A stretch of DNA of 63,258 bases, the filler included, from Phoronis australis (lineage: Eukaryota; Animalia; Phoronida): the NCBI GenBank assembly GCA_002633005.1. It is 6 parts of 6 records of this genome, joined end to end, with 100 filler letters (N's around TTAATTAATTAA, not from the genome) between each part and the next. Parts side by side here need not be neighbours in the genome. Positions count along the whole stretch, not along the records: positions 1 to 24,724 come from NMRA01001305.1; 5 more parts are not named here. One strand, 5' to 3'. The notes beneath the pieces are model-generated. The model saw only the letters and a program-made list of their open reading frames with translations, ran no database searches and had not been told where the DNA came from. A program made the position numbers and the translations under genes. This document shows, piece after piece, positions 12,201-22,600 of this stretch. Each line of letters starts with the position of its first letter. The first letter of the stretch is position 1.

Positions 12201-15200
12201 CCAAAGCATTCTTTTTGGTAAGCAAAACACCGACTGGCATGGTGTTCTGTTGTTTCATCTTCCAACCACCATTTGGGGCAGCAGGAATCTGTTGCGTAAC
12301 CTGTTGTTTTCTGATGTTTCTGCAGGTTACAGTGACCTGTTATCACCTGCATTACCAACTGCAGTTGAGACCAGTTCAGACTCAAAAGCTTGATAGCGAT
12401 ACTGTCAGTATACCGTCCAGCTCACAATTTTTTTTTCTTTTACTGCCACATCTGTTGTCTAACATGTTTTTTAATGACCAAATCCTTATTCCTAAAATGC
12501 AGGAAGCATGAGGGACAGGCAATGTTGGTTCAGGTCCTTGAAATTTAAGTTATGAACAAAGTTTGACTAAAAATAAATAATATTGCTGTGAGTGTGCAAC
12601 TTCACAACATTGTTTTTAGGGGTTTAATGGCTGCCTGCATGGCTATCAAACAGGATAACTACAGATTTATTTAATTCTTTTGCAACTTTAGAAATTTCAA
12701 AAATGTTTGATTGGAAAATGGAACTATTGTTTTCCAAGATAAACTTTTAGTTGGGGTATATATCCGTGAGGTATTCAATACAGGGATATTCCTGGACCGC
12801 ACCTTTGTGGTATTATACTGCGCAAGTACATTTAAATGTCTTAGTTTTTACCCACCTATCAGTTGGATGCCACAGGCGTGGACAGACTCTGTTGGCGTGT
12901 GGCATTCAACTGATAGAGGCTACGTGTTGCCTATCAGTTGGCATGCACAACAGTGGAAGTTCATTTCTAGCACTGACACTGCTGTATATGCTAACATGAG
13001 TCTTTGTTTTCCCTGGTGTAGGCCTACTGGAAATCCAGAGTCGGTCGGTTAGGGATGGAACCTTCGCCTTCGGATTGCCTCACCCATTAATGCATTATGA
13101 ATTCATCAATCGGTTCTGTATTCATCAACATCACAATTACTTTCACTGGGGTGCTAGCCTCTAGGACGTGCCGATGTTATTATAAGACAAGAAACTTCTT
13201 AAGGTAGGCCTACATGACTCGAATCGATACTTCACAAAGCCGTGCGGCGGTCTTCAACTTTAAGTTTAAGCACTGTATTTCATGGTGAGTTTTACACCCC
13301 ATGTTTGGCCCATAAGTAGCTTACACTGCATAAGTGCAATTGAAGTATTATTAGTTCTATGGCTTAAATGAAATTTCCATACTGTACAGTCAAAACTCAA
13401 CAATCACAATGACATTCAGGGCCTACTGGTTAAGTTCAGGACGTCGACTCTAGTCTTGCTTGTGCGCTGATCTGTTGTGCGTGAACTTGAAATTCTGCTT
13501 AATCTGAAGATCGCGTATGCGTGAAATTGGAATTTGTGCAATCAGGTGAATTTTTTGTTCAGCGTAAAGAACTTTGTAATTATTGGCCTCATGATTACCA
13601 ATTTTCTGCTTTAGCATAACTTGAGTCAAATAATCGGAATATGTGAATTGTTAAATCAATTATTCTTTGGTGAATAAGATCGCCAATAGTTGAAAAATGA
13701 TTGCTTAAAATTTATGTTATTTCATCAACATGTTATTTGATTCAGTACAATGCAAATTTTCATCGAGTGAATGATTATTTGAGTGAACTTGTCAAGTTTC
13801 CTCGTGTATTCCAAGTTCACGCATACGCAATCATGAGATTCCAGGTTCGCGCACAGCAGGTGCTGTGGTCGATGTGGTCGCGCGGCTGATAACCACAAAG
13901 CGTCATCTGTTGGATGAAAACATGAGTCCATTTCAAATAATACGTAATAACCTGAGTACTAAAGTTCAGTGAGTAATGAAAAGTGCACTTTGGCGATTTT
14001 ATATCTGCTAAGACAGATTGGGCTGTTAGTTCTATCGAAAAGTTTGACATGTGTTTATTGACAAAATTCACAGATGGTAGTCACTCATGAGCCAACGCAC
14101 TATACGAACAACTTACCAGGTGGACAAGTATCCGCAGCAGACTGAAACAAAAAAGATAAATACGTAAATGTTTGCCTAAAATACGAAACGTTCAGAAAGA
14201 TCAAAGCCAGTGGCGGATCTAGAGGGGGGGCCAAAGGCATGCCCCCCATAAAATTATACCAGATTCCAATAGGCAGTTCGGGGGTGCGAATGTCTGACGG
14301 GCAAAATCCTGGCTAATACTCTGTCCTGCCCTCCCCCCCAACTCAAAATCCTGGATCCGCCCCTGAAAGCTGTAGCAGCTGTAGATTGAAATTTCAAAGC
14401 TAAGGAGATCCTGGGATTAGATATGATATTTTTTATTTTTGGTCATAAAGTGTCGCAAAGATACTTGAGAATACATTTAGAACAATGCATGGAAATTTAC
14501 GACCGCGCATGCAGACCAGACATAGTTTAGCCTATTGTTGTTATCACTGGTTTGAATGTCATGTGTACCTGTGTCTTATCAATGCAATACTGAGGCCAGA
14601 AATGAGCAATGCTTACTAGAAATGCATGTGGTTCAAACGTTAGCGAAGGTCTTTCTTGCTTACTACCCCGCCACAATTCATTGACTGATCACAAAGCGTA
14701 CGCGTAAACCTAAAAAGGCCATACGGACGGTTATTTTTTCTGTAGGAATAAACCAGGTTTACTTACTATTAAGTCATACAAATTACATGGTAAACATTTC
14801 CGTTCGTGGATGAATCTCCCAACAGACAGTGGCGGATCTAGGATATCACAAGGGGGGCCAACATTTTGTCTTTAAACATTTGCTCCAAGCACGATTGTAG
14901 ATACGCATAGCAACGAATGGGGGGAGGTCGGGAGGAGGGTTTACTACACAATCACGATTTAACTGCGACTTTGTTACTAAAAGACCTATTTGTTTATGGT
15001 CCACAGCGTTTGCGCGCGAAACATTTTTTGTAATGCTTATTGCATGTTTTATATTTTGTGCAATCAGTTCGTTACAAATTTGTTGTATTTAAAATAGTCT
15101 TCAATTGCCCAAAAGACCAAATCCGTTTTTGTGTTGGCAATAATGACGCGATTGCTGTGGAAATCTTCTTAAGTTAAGGTTTGACAAAGAGAGAATTATG

Positions 15201-18200
15201 AGTTTCTGAGTGATTCACTAAAGCTTCAATTAAAATTGACATCTTACCAGCAGCTTCTGTTTTTTCATCATCACAAAGATTCCATTTTCTTTAAAAAATG
15301 AAGTAATTTTCTTCATTGCACAGTGGAGCAGACGACGGAAACGGTCGCCTGAGGTATCGCAGGAGAGCCTATACTTAGCCACAGTTCCGTTACGATTGCG
15401 CCGTGTTCCGAATTTGACACTTGAAATTGGATCCACGTACGGGAAGTATTCCATGTAAGCAGTTGGACACATGTTAAGATGTCTTGGCATGTTACTGTTG
15501 TGTGAATGAAGTGTAATGGTAAAACACAGAAATTTAAGAAGTATCCCACGAAAGGGCGCACTTTCTCCAGATTACCAACGAAAGAGTTTACAAGAGGATT
15601 CATATTGCCAAGTAAAGGTTCTGTTTTCTAACAATAACGAGAATGATTTTATACTTAGTAAAGACAATGCTCACGATAATTGTTTGAAAGGTTCACACGA
15701 GAGCCTTGTTGCGGCTAACTTGGGATAATTATTTAATGTCCCAGTTGAACGTCCCCGACAAATCAATTTCCCTGAGGCGTTTAATTGTTCCCACGCGTGA
15801 ATTCCTTTAAATAATAGTGATATTTTCAGGGACTTCCTCCTTCGATATGAATTGAAATGGGATGGCGTGCCCATACCCATTGTGTGCTGACAGGAGTTTC
15901 ATAGCGAAAGGATTTTAAAATTAATGCTTACACCCAACCGAAACGCTGCTGAAATCTCGCGGGTTTCCAGTTCAAAACTAATAATTTCTATCCTACGTTA
16001 TTTACGTGGACAAGTCACCGGCTATGTCGTGAAATGCTCTCTAGTAGTGTGTTTACCAAAGGTAGGACCGGTCATTTCTTTGTTACTAATCCCTCTCAAG
16101 TCACTACCAATGCTTCCATCAGTCTACATTCTTACACAGCAATGTCGGTAACATGTCCATGAACTAAGTAAACGTTTACCACCATTATCAAATTCACAAC
16201 AAAATCAGGAGATTATTTTTGAAATATATTAACTTATTCACACCAACCACTAACCTATTTACACTGGCACGATGTTTCGGGTGGACCATTTTTCGGTCAT
16301 CTTCAAGTACAGTGCTCTTAGAAGAACAATGACGGACGTATGGTACAGGGTGAGTACCTTTTTAATTTCACTTTTCTTGGCGCTGGGGTTGAACGTGACA
16401 CATTTAGTTTGTTAGTCCACTTCTAACCACTTACACCGCATATGATTCGGTTGGTGTAAACAGACAAATAAATTTTAGACATGTTACCACATCGCCACAT
16501 CAAAGCGGTTTTAGGAAAACAATAAAATAATTGTCAACATTGACATCACTCCAAAGTGAAAAAGTGGGACATCTGGATCTAGACCAAACCACAAGAACAA
16601 AATTACAACACCCAGAAACATTGTGCCGAGACCGTGTTTTTATGAATAATGGAAAGAGGGACAAATGAATCTAGGTCAAACTACAGGAAGAAAATGGCAA
16701 CACCCAAAAATATCGTGCCAAAAACTTGTTTTTGTTTGTTTTTTATTAGTAATGCCTGTGAAATGGAACGGAAAATAGGGGTATAGACTCCAGTGAGAAA
16801 ATATGCAGCCACACATCAACACAACGTCACCATGGACTGTAAATATCGCCGCGTAGATGCCGTCCAAAAGTCCAAAGTTTCGAAAAGGTGGACGGTCCCG
16901 CCAAATACGGAACAGTTGAAATTTATTCAATAGCTGTCGAGAAAACAAACGCAAATGAGTAGTAAACATGGAGATTTTTAGTTTTGTGCGTGAGAGCACA
17001 GACATTGACTGTCTAAACATGTAACTGTATTGACTAGGGTACATGAATAATTCACATCACGTGGTATATCTTAAGGTAAAACCCGACATATGACAGCTTA
17101 CTCTCACTTCTGTGAAATAATAAGTTCTAACCCACCAAATGTGGCAGTGAAGTCGTCCTGTTCAAAATGCAATTTATTTCAGTCAACATATGATATCACA
17201 TGCTCGCACCCAGCCTAAAATACAGGGGGCTCGAATTTTTCAGTATGTGGACCTTTTACTGAAAAGGGGGGGGGGGGCTAAAAGATAAAATAAAAAATAA
17301 ATAAATAACGGGGTACAACGTTCAGACCTACTGAGGTGGACTTTCTTTGCCCACTTCGCCAAATGGGGGCTCGTTCGAGCCCCCGAGTCCCCCTTCCGGG
17401 TGCTCACAAGTATCACATTGACAAGTCGACATGACTTTAACACTCCACCTGCCTTCCCAAGGTCGCGAGATCTGTTTAGAAAATTGGGTGGCGCTTCCTA
17501 CTTGGAGGTGGATCGTAGAAAAATGGATACCCGTGACTTGATTTATTGATAGATTTTTTTTAAAAACGACCGTCCGCAATATAACACAATGCAACATATT
17601 AACAATGACATTCCGCAATATAACACAAGGAAGAGAGACAAGACTAATGGTGAAAGTAAGAGAGATAAGCCTATGGTAAAAGTAATAAAATAAAAGGATA
17701 ATCGATGTACGGATAGAACGAAACTTTAAAAAAAAACACATAACACACCGATACGACATGAAGAAACAGTCAGCTCCAGCAATGTCTATGTGTGCTTTAA
17801 AAAGACCATAATACGTTAGTGACATTAAAATGTCTTCGTCAGGCCCAACCAAATATCCCATATAGACAACATGTTGTGTAATCAACTCAGTTGTTCAAAA
17901 ATGCCACTCCCCGAGTACATATATATCATCGTGCAATGTTGATGTATTTTAGAATATGAGAACTTCCCAAGTTATTTTAGATCACCCCCGGAGATCTCTG
18001 AAGTTGCCTCCATTCGCGTTTTTACCTGAAGAGTCCTCAGGTCGTTATGTATTGTAATTTGTATCGTTATGTCAACCCTGACACGATTGCTAAAAATCTG
18101 ATTTCGCGAGTACCGAATTTCCTATGAAAACCAATATCGGGCCTTATGGAATAGCTAAGTTACTAGGTATTGGACAAATAATGCATTGTGAAACGGACTT

Positions 18201-18777
18201 GTGGTTAGTGAAGAACAATTTATTGGATTGTGTGTGTGATTATTCCTTGCTTACACACACAAGTGACCGTTCTTCTTCAATTTGTCTGCTGATGATACCA
18301 AGATTGTGAAACCGTTTCTAACGAGTACAAATCAGAAATGGGTGGACCTGCGGTTGAATCATTCAATAGGTCATATGTGTATGCGCGGTTACATAAGCAA
18401 AATAACACGTGTGAATATGATCGCAAATCGATCGACTAAAACTCCATCATTGTATACTTGAAAGTTTCACGACAGCACACTGTCCATCGAAAAGCAACAA
18501 ATCTGTCGACATTTTATATATGCTGTCAAAAGCTCGAGTCGTGTCAGGCAAAACCAGATAACACAAGCAATGTGCTTAGTGGAGTTACGAAACAGAGCAG
18601 TCATCGATTACCTGATGCTACCTGATGAAACTGACATTAAAACAGGATTCAGTATCGAAATGTAACATTAAACCAATTCGTTTTACACCTTAAACTCACC
18701 GCAAGGGATCCCAAAGCGATGAAAATACCAAAAAAGACCACCACACCCAAACGGGTGACATCGGGACGATGTCCCAT
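110..18777 (-). CDS. uif: Uninflatable-like multidomain extracellular protein, 5' portion (SP-CTL-LDLa-CUB-PAN-CUB-CUB...), 13 coding exons, continues beyond the left edge of the window
   Basis: Exons 18700-18777, 14117-14141, 11162-11243, 9955-10049, 9388-9636, 8476-8571, 6574-6707, 6236-6458, 3980-4234, 2546-2691, 1766-1961, 1448-1623 and 110-272 have GT-AG introns, matching phases and no stops when joined. The CTL-LDLa-3xCUB order and the CUB1 motif (TEKDLDVVEILIGAKTEHNSVVLKTLSG...NFMIIKFSSD) resemble Drosophila Uninflatable as recalled. Orthology is not tested. Confidence 0.8.
504..742. repeat. 34-bp minisatellite, about 7 copies (intronic)
   Basis: gtacacccatgtgtcgtgtttcatagtgactgtt recurs at 517, 551, 585 and onward. 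Confidence 0.95.
1448..1623 (-). CDS. CUB3 N-half exon GCNQELDDVLSGEVKSPGYPDIKYPNFVFCTTKI...FSLADDLDILA
   Basis: SG.VxSPGYP..YPN...C motif; phase 1 to 0. Confidence 0.92.
1766..1961 (-). CDS. CUB2 C-half exon FVYLDLGDEDTITIHNGD...GGGFHATYKV(G)
   Basis: CUB motifs F..LDL...D.I.I..G and GF.ATY; tatttctag acceptor, gtaagt donor; phase 0 to 1. Confidence 0.92.
2110..2572 (-). repeat. 33-bp minisatellite (27 nt exon end plus GTAAGY donor), 14 copies, with a 99-bp higher-order period
   Basis: Minus-strand unit ATACCTACACAGGTCATAACACTCAAT|GTAAGT; last exonic base of each donor at 2546, 2513, 2480, 2447, 2414, 2381, 2348, 2315, 2282, 2249, 2216, 2183, 2149, 2116. Confidence 0.95.
2546..2691 (-). 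CDS. CUB2 N-half exon DKPPLNPIIELTATISEMSLMSPLFPVGVPNMVMSWVIKGIPTQVITLN (using the first of 14 tandem donors)
   Basis: ttatttcag acceptor; LxSPxFP and W.I.....I.L CUB motifs; phase 1 to 0 fits both neighbours; ends in the 33-bp repeat. Missed by the ORF track. Confidence 0.85.
3323..3511. repeat. 31-bp minisatellite, about 6 decaying copies
   Basis: tgaggcacaccagtagtcaaactgccactac at 3330, 3361, 3392 and onward. Confidence 0.9.
3697..3869. repeat. 14-bp minisatellite (gacagagatgacct), about 12 copies
   Basis: Directly visible tandem units. Confidence 0.92.
3980..4234 (-). CDS. PAN/Apple domain exon DFECNMVAVSGKTL...CGLMCRNNSECNAATF......CELY...FVKSCPGEIGES
   Basis: PAN pattern C-x3-C-x5-C-x2-[AS]xF...CxL; gttgtag acceptor, gtgagc donor; 255 nt, symmetric phase 1. 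Confidence 0.85.
4874..5133. repeat. 51-bp degenerate minisatellite, about 5 copies
   Basis: tgcaag anchor at 4891, 4942, 4993 and 5044. Confidence 0.88.
6236..6458 (-). CDS. CUB1 C-half exon FMDFVTEKDLDVVEI...IKFSSDKTNEFKGFKAEFKT
   Basis: CUB motifs F..F.TE...D, F.SD....GF.A; phase 0 to 1; within ORF 6168..6497. Confidence 0.93.
6574..6707 (-). CDS. CUB1 N-half exon PSQCNHYFNQSTGIITSDNYPSNYKNSTRCVYTIEGPPGSKVSLK
   Basis: CUB motif C...GxITSxNYPxxY...C.Y.I; phase 1 to 0. Confidence 0.93.
7733..7884. repeat. 36-bp minisatellite, about 4 copies
   Basis: accatgaagccttgctttgtactacagtatatyaca repeated; it generates spurious ORFs on both strands. Confidence 0.95.
8476..8571 (-). CDS. LDL-receptor class A exon DEFFCGTGQCLSKNLTCNEVVECNDGSDEVDC
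   Basis: LDLa cysteine spacing and DGSDE motif; tattttcag acceptor, gtaagt donor; symmetric phase 1. Confidence 0.93.
9388..9636 (-). CDS. C-type lectin C-terminal exon GLNRKD...WAPDQPN..CV....C....FVC..SCQE
   Basis: Within ORF 9284..9679; W-x-D, W..DQP, C..C..FVC motifs; phase 1 to 1. Confidence 0.9.
9955..10049 (-). CDS. C-type lectin exon (N)YGSNLATLPDSETTEKIGGFVYERNQKLFWT(G)
   Basis: GxxLA motif and WxG(L) motif; ttctcacag acceptor, gtaggt donor; phase 2 to 1. Confidence 0.9.
11162..11243 (-). CDS. C-type lectin exon GWTLYDGDCYRVFLNPLSWEDAQDYCS
   Basis: Classic CTLD N-terminal pattern (W...CY...SW.DA...C); atttcag acceptor, gtaagt donor; phase 1 to 2. Confidence 0.92.
12160..12545 (-). 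mobile_element. Decayed non-LTR retrotransposon ORF2 C-terminus (RNase H-bearing, LOA/I/R1-like)
   Basis: Fragments FQGPEPTLPVP (the GPEP motif that follows RNase H) and ITGHCNLQKH...G...CxxxxxxxETTEH...C (C-terminal CCHC-type region), with frameshifts and stops. Confidence 0.7.
13472..13859. mobile_element. MITE-like element with about 60-bp degenerate TIRs
   Basis: Left ctgttgtgcgtgaacttgaaat...gatcgcgtatgcgtgaaattggaat versus the reverse complement of the right end ctgctgtgcgcgaacctggaat...gattgcgtatgcgtgaacttggaat. No clear TSD. Confidence 0.7.
14117..14141 (-). CDS. 25-nt micro-exon SAADTCPP(G), start of the C-type lectin domain
   Basis: ttttttgtttcag|TCT...CCT G|gtaagt; supplies the CPxGW motif across the junction with the next exon. 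Confidence 0.85.
14208..14365 (+). mobile_element. hAT-like MITE (CAGTGGCGGATC...GGATCCGCCCCTG) with 5-bp TSD aaagc
   Basis: TIRs visible; aaagc at 14203-14207 and 14366-14370; close inverted sister copy at 51075-51225. Confidence 0.88.
16261..16315 (-). ncRNA. Degenerate minimal type I hammerhead-like motif (probable Penelope-like element remnant)
   Basis: Minus strand GCACUGUAC-UUGAAGA-U-GACCG(aaaaa)UGGUC-caccc-GAAACAUC-GUGCCAGUGU; helix I and II pair; the core carries C3U, an insertion and ACAU for ACGU. Confidence 0.4.
18700..18777 (-). CDS. First coding exon: signal peptide MGHRPDVTRLGVVVFFGIFIALGSLA
   Basis: ATG at 18777, basic N-region, hydrophobic core, small-residue end; donor GCG|gtgagt (phase 0) matches the phase-0 start of the next exon. 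Upstream acceptor ttattccag at 18851. Confidence 0.75.
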
Positions 18778-19276
18778 CCTGATCAGAACTCCTGAGTAAG
18801 GCGATGACCCCGAGATCCGATGGACAGGTAATACCTTTGTCAGTATTGATCTGGAATAATTTACACGCACTATCCCGTGCAGTCCGTCTAGATGAAGAAC
18901 GTTGGTGTGAAGTGCTCGTGGCCTCACGAAATCACACGACCACGAGTTGTGTGCTACACCCTTTTCTCATTCACTGCGTCAGCCAATGAGTAGAACGAGA
19001 AATCTTCACAATAGCTCTCGCTCACAGGACAAAAGTAAACAATATAGGTATTTGCAGCAGCAACTCGCTTTCTATTCAGTCACAAGCGGTGTACGTACTG
19101 TGAGCTATTGAGAGTAGGTTGTCTTTCTGCTTGGAAGAGCAAAATGTATTCATGATCAGTGGTTCGTGCAGTTAGACATTGTTGTGTTGTCATATACAAA
19201 AATACGATGTACATTCAATGTAAAAAACAGCGCCAAGCCAGATAGCAAATACTCCGTTTAATATTGATTCACTTAC

Positions 19277-19376
19277 GACTATTTCCTTCTGCCCATGAGA
19301 TTTTGTTCAGTAAACCGACATTGGTTACAATAATGGCTGCCACTGGTCGAGGACCAGACATTGCAAGTCACCGATG
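19277..19376 (-). other. Candidate 5'UTR exon of the uif-like gene, carrying uORFs
   Basis: tttattttttaaag acceptor and gtaagt donor; if spliced to 18850 it gives a 31-codon uORF and a 5-codon uORF, both stopping before the main ATG. Inference only. Confidence 0.35.
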
Positions 19377-19646
19377 CTTTAAAAAATAAAAATGTTTTTA
19401 CACATCATTAATACGATTAACAGTGAACGCAACACGCAGTTCAAAAATGTTTGTGTTTTATTTGTTTAAGTTGATGTAATTCAACTGAATACTATCACAT
19501 TTACTATGTATTGTATGTTATTGTCTTGTTGGCTTCTTATCTACCATACCTTCTAGTAATGACTTTCTAAAACCTCTCTGATATCGTGGCGAGTTACAAC
19601 TATTATGAGTGTACCAAATATCCGTGCTTGTGTTAAGAACGCAGGA

Positions 19647-19697
19647 ACATTTGACGATGGCCGGAGAATAGACCGACCGAAGACGTCACGACAATGT
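19647..19697 (+). ncRNA. Degenerate minimal hammerhead-like motif (probable Penelope-like element remnant)
   Basis: ACAU-UUGACGA-U-GGCCGG(agaataga)CCGACC-GAAGACGUC...AAUGU; helix II pairs with one mismatch, helix I is weak. Confidence 0.35.
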
Positions 19698-22600
19698 AAT
19701 AGACAAGAGTTCGGTGTAAAAAGACCAAGAGATTTTAATAATAGTTGTATATCATCTAGGTGCCACCAAACTTAGTATCATCTTTCTTCTAATTTATATA
19801 TTTATATTATGCCGAACAAATGCTTAACCTGGACTGGATCTACGCAATACATGTTTTTATGTGTTTTTGTAAAATCATTTTGATTGGTGTGGACGATACG
19901 TCGTATCAGACGTTCTGCGGTAAAGGGTGGAAAAGTACCTTGAAACATTTTGCCTGAATTTGTCGGGAAAGGGTGACAGGAAACTGCGAATCATTTGTCA
20001 CGACCTTTTTGGAGTGTTTATCACATTATATTAATGATGATTAATCCTAGGATAAACTCGTAAACTTTTAAATGAAATTAAATTCTTAAGTAGTAGAGAG
20101 TCGTACGCAGATGTTGATCATGGAATGTGCCAAAAGTTATATTTCCCTATTCCTTTTCTTGAATGGATGATTCAGCTGGGTGGGTCCAGCCAGTCATTCA
20201 TTGTGATGCAGTTATACATCGACCTCTGCTAGCCTTGCAACAATGGAGCACATCATTGAAAGGACCTGTTTACTGCTATTTCACCTTGAATGTTGACACT
20301 CAGGTCGACTCCTAAGTGGGACCTCGGACTATGAGGTCCGAAGGGGGACCAAGGCAGGGTCCGTCATTGGGCTAGACGGTTGACCTGTACGTGAAACGAC
20401 AACATCTCCCCAAGGGGGCTATGCCACTCTGTTAAGTGCTAAAAATCGTTAACTCTGTCAAAACTCGTGATTTTGCGTTCATATTGTAATGTTTCCGTAG
20501 GTTGCTACAAATTTTAGTCTCCACCGCTTTTCAGTTACTTTGGGGCATCCCAGCAACGAGTGTCAAATGTGAATTTTTGTAAGCATATACATATCTGTAC
20601 TTTATTGTATTGTTTGAGGGAACACACGCTATAGAATTGCCCGAATTTCATCTTCCTACTTCAACATGCACTGAAGCATCGGTTTCTTAAACAGCTCTTC
20701 CAGTCGGGAGTTAGGGCCTCCTGAACTCGAGCATTTCTTTCCATTCGAAAATTGTGGTTGCTTTCTTGTGAAACTCTAGATCTGCTATTGCTTACTTCAG
20801 CTTATCAAAAATCATCGACTGAGTGAAATCGCTGTTTGGGCTAAATGAAATCGAATTTCAACCTGCAACAAAACTCACTGAATTACGTACATTTCTCAGT
20901 ATATAAGGTTTGTGTACAAGGCTGGTCATTTTTAGGTGCACATGATAAACATGTGGTTTAGAAAACTGTGAACACTTGACCTATTGAGTCCTCTCAAAGT
21001 AGTCTATATGACAGTTTTCTGTATATCGAGTTGCAAGATTTTCTTTATAATCGGCATCTTCGTGCTAACAAATGCTCGACCGTACGTGGGCACTCGACCC
21101 GGCCGGGATAAGACTCTCAAGGGAGTCGAGGTATCCCTCCCCAAGACAGTTTCAGAATTTCGGAGTTTTAATTTGTACTTAAACATGTTCGTTTTTGACC
21201 GCATGGGAAGATACGGCAAAACTCATTTACCTGGAGACCAAAAATCACGAATATCTCGAGAGCGGTAAGACCTTGAGAAAAACAAATGCCACTTCTTTGA
21301 TAGCCCTTGAAATGATTTATCAACATCATTGATTGGGTGACTCCGATCGAAGCAGTTAAGCAGTGAGGAAGTTATGGATCGCCATGCAAAGCTGGGGTTC
21401 TTAAAATTACCGTTCTTGGCGTTGAAATGTGCACGATATTCAACGCGCATTTTGGTTTAATCAAAGCTTAGCATTAATTATTTAACCCACTGAAATGCTT
21501 CTTAAACAAATACATTTCTGCTCTTATTCAACGCCTACTTTTAATCATTTCATATAGTCGAATCACGCCCGTGCTCTCAAATCTCAAAATAGCAGAATAC
21601 TTTCATCATGCGTGCTAGGCCAGTTTCGAAGAATGCGCTTCACCACGACCATGTTTCGTCTGTGCTGTCTTCTCGCGTGACTATGAAAATGTCTTTCATT
21701 GGACATAGCGCGTTGAATAAGCAATAATACGCGTTAAGCAACAGTGCGCGTTGACTAAGAGCGCAAAGATTACCGTTTTAAGAACCAATTCAGTGCGTCG
21801 CTTAACTAATTCAGGGCGTTGTCTAGAATCCTGTTTAGACATCAACTTTTGGCCCGGCACAACTGACACGGAGAGTTGCGGAGACAAAGAACCCGTACGT
21901 AAGTCATTAGGCAAGTGCAACAGAGGTGATCCTTTCCGTCTTGCCCCAGTTACGCGTTTAGACATATAATAGACACGGAGCAAGATGTTCGAGTGCAAAT
22001 TACTCTACCTACCAAACGGGTGTCAAAATTTGTCACCACTGTGTCAATTTGCTCCGTGTCAGTGCCGTTTACACACTGGAACCACTCGTTCCGTGTCAGC
22101 TGATCCGTGTCAACTTTTGAAGTGTAAACGGTACTTAAGCGATGCGCGTTCACGAGAAAGATAATCATTAAGAGCCAATTCAGTGCGTTGGATACCTAAT
22201 TCAGCTCGTTGATAAGCAATGCTGACGCGTTGATTAAGGACAAAGAGTCAACACCCAGAAGGCACTCTTTTTGGCGCTTCATAAGTAATCACGCACTTCT
22301 CTTAGTGGCGAGATTGCGAAGCCCACCAGAGCATCATGTAATTACGGGTGGTGGCGAGAATGGGAAGGAACACCGCTAGACTCCTGTCGCATATATGTTA
22401 CTGTTGGATGTCCCACGCATTACTTTCTTCCTTGTTGTAGTTCTAACACATCGAAATAAGCTCCCACTGTTGCGAGGAACAAATAAGAGCAACCCGACTT
22501 CTAACTGATGTGGCTAAACTAAAAAGGGTAATGATATATTGCTTCCACCAGTTGTGATAAAGGGAATGGCATGGCGAACAGAGAAAATTAGGTTATCTCA

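Noticed and set aside
15700-15880. Possible CR1-type RT C-terminus (SLLFKGIHAWEQL)
   Set aside because: The match is too short and degenerate to support by eye.
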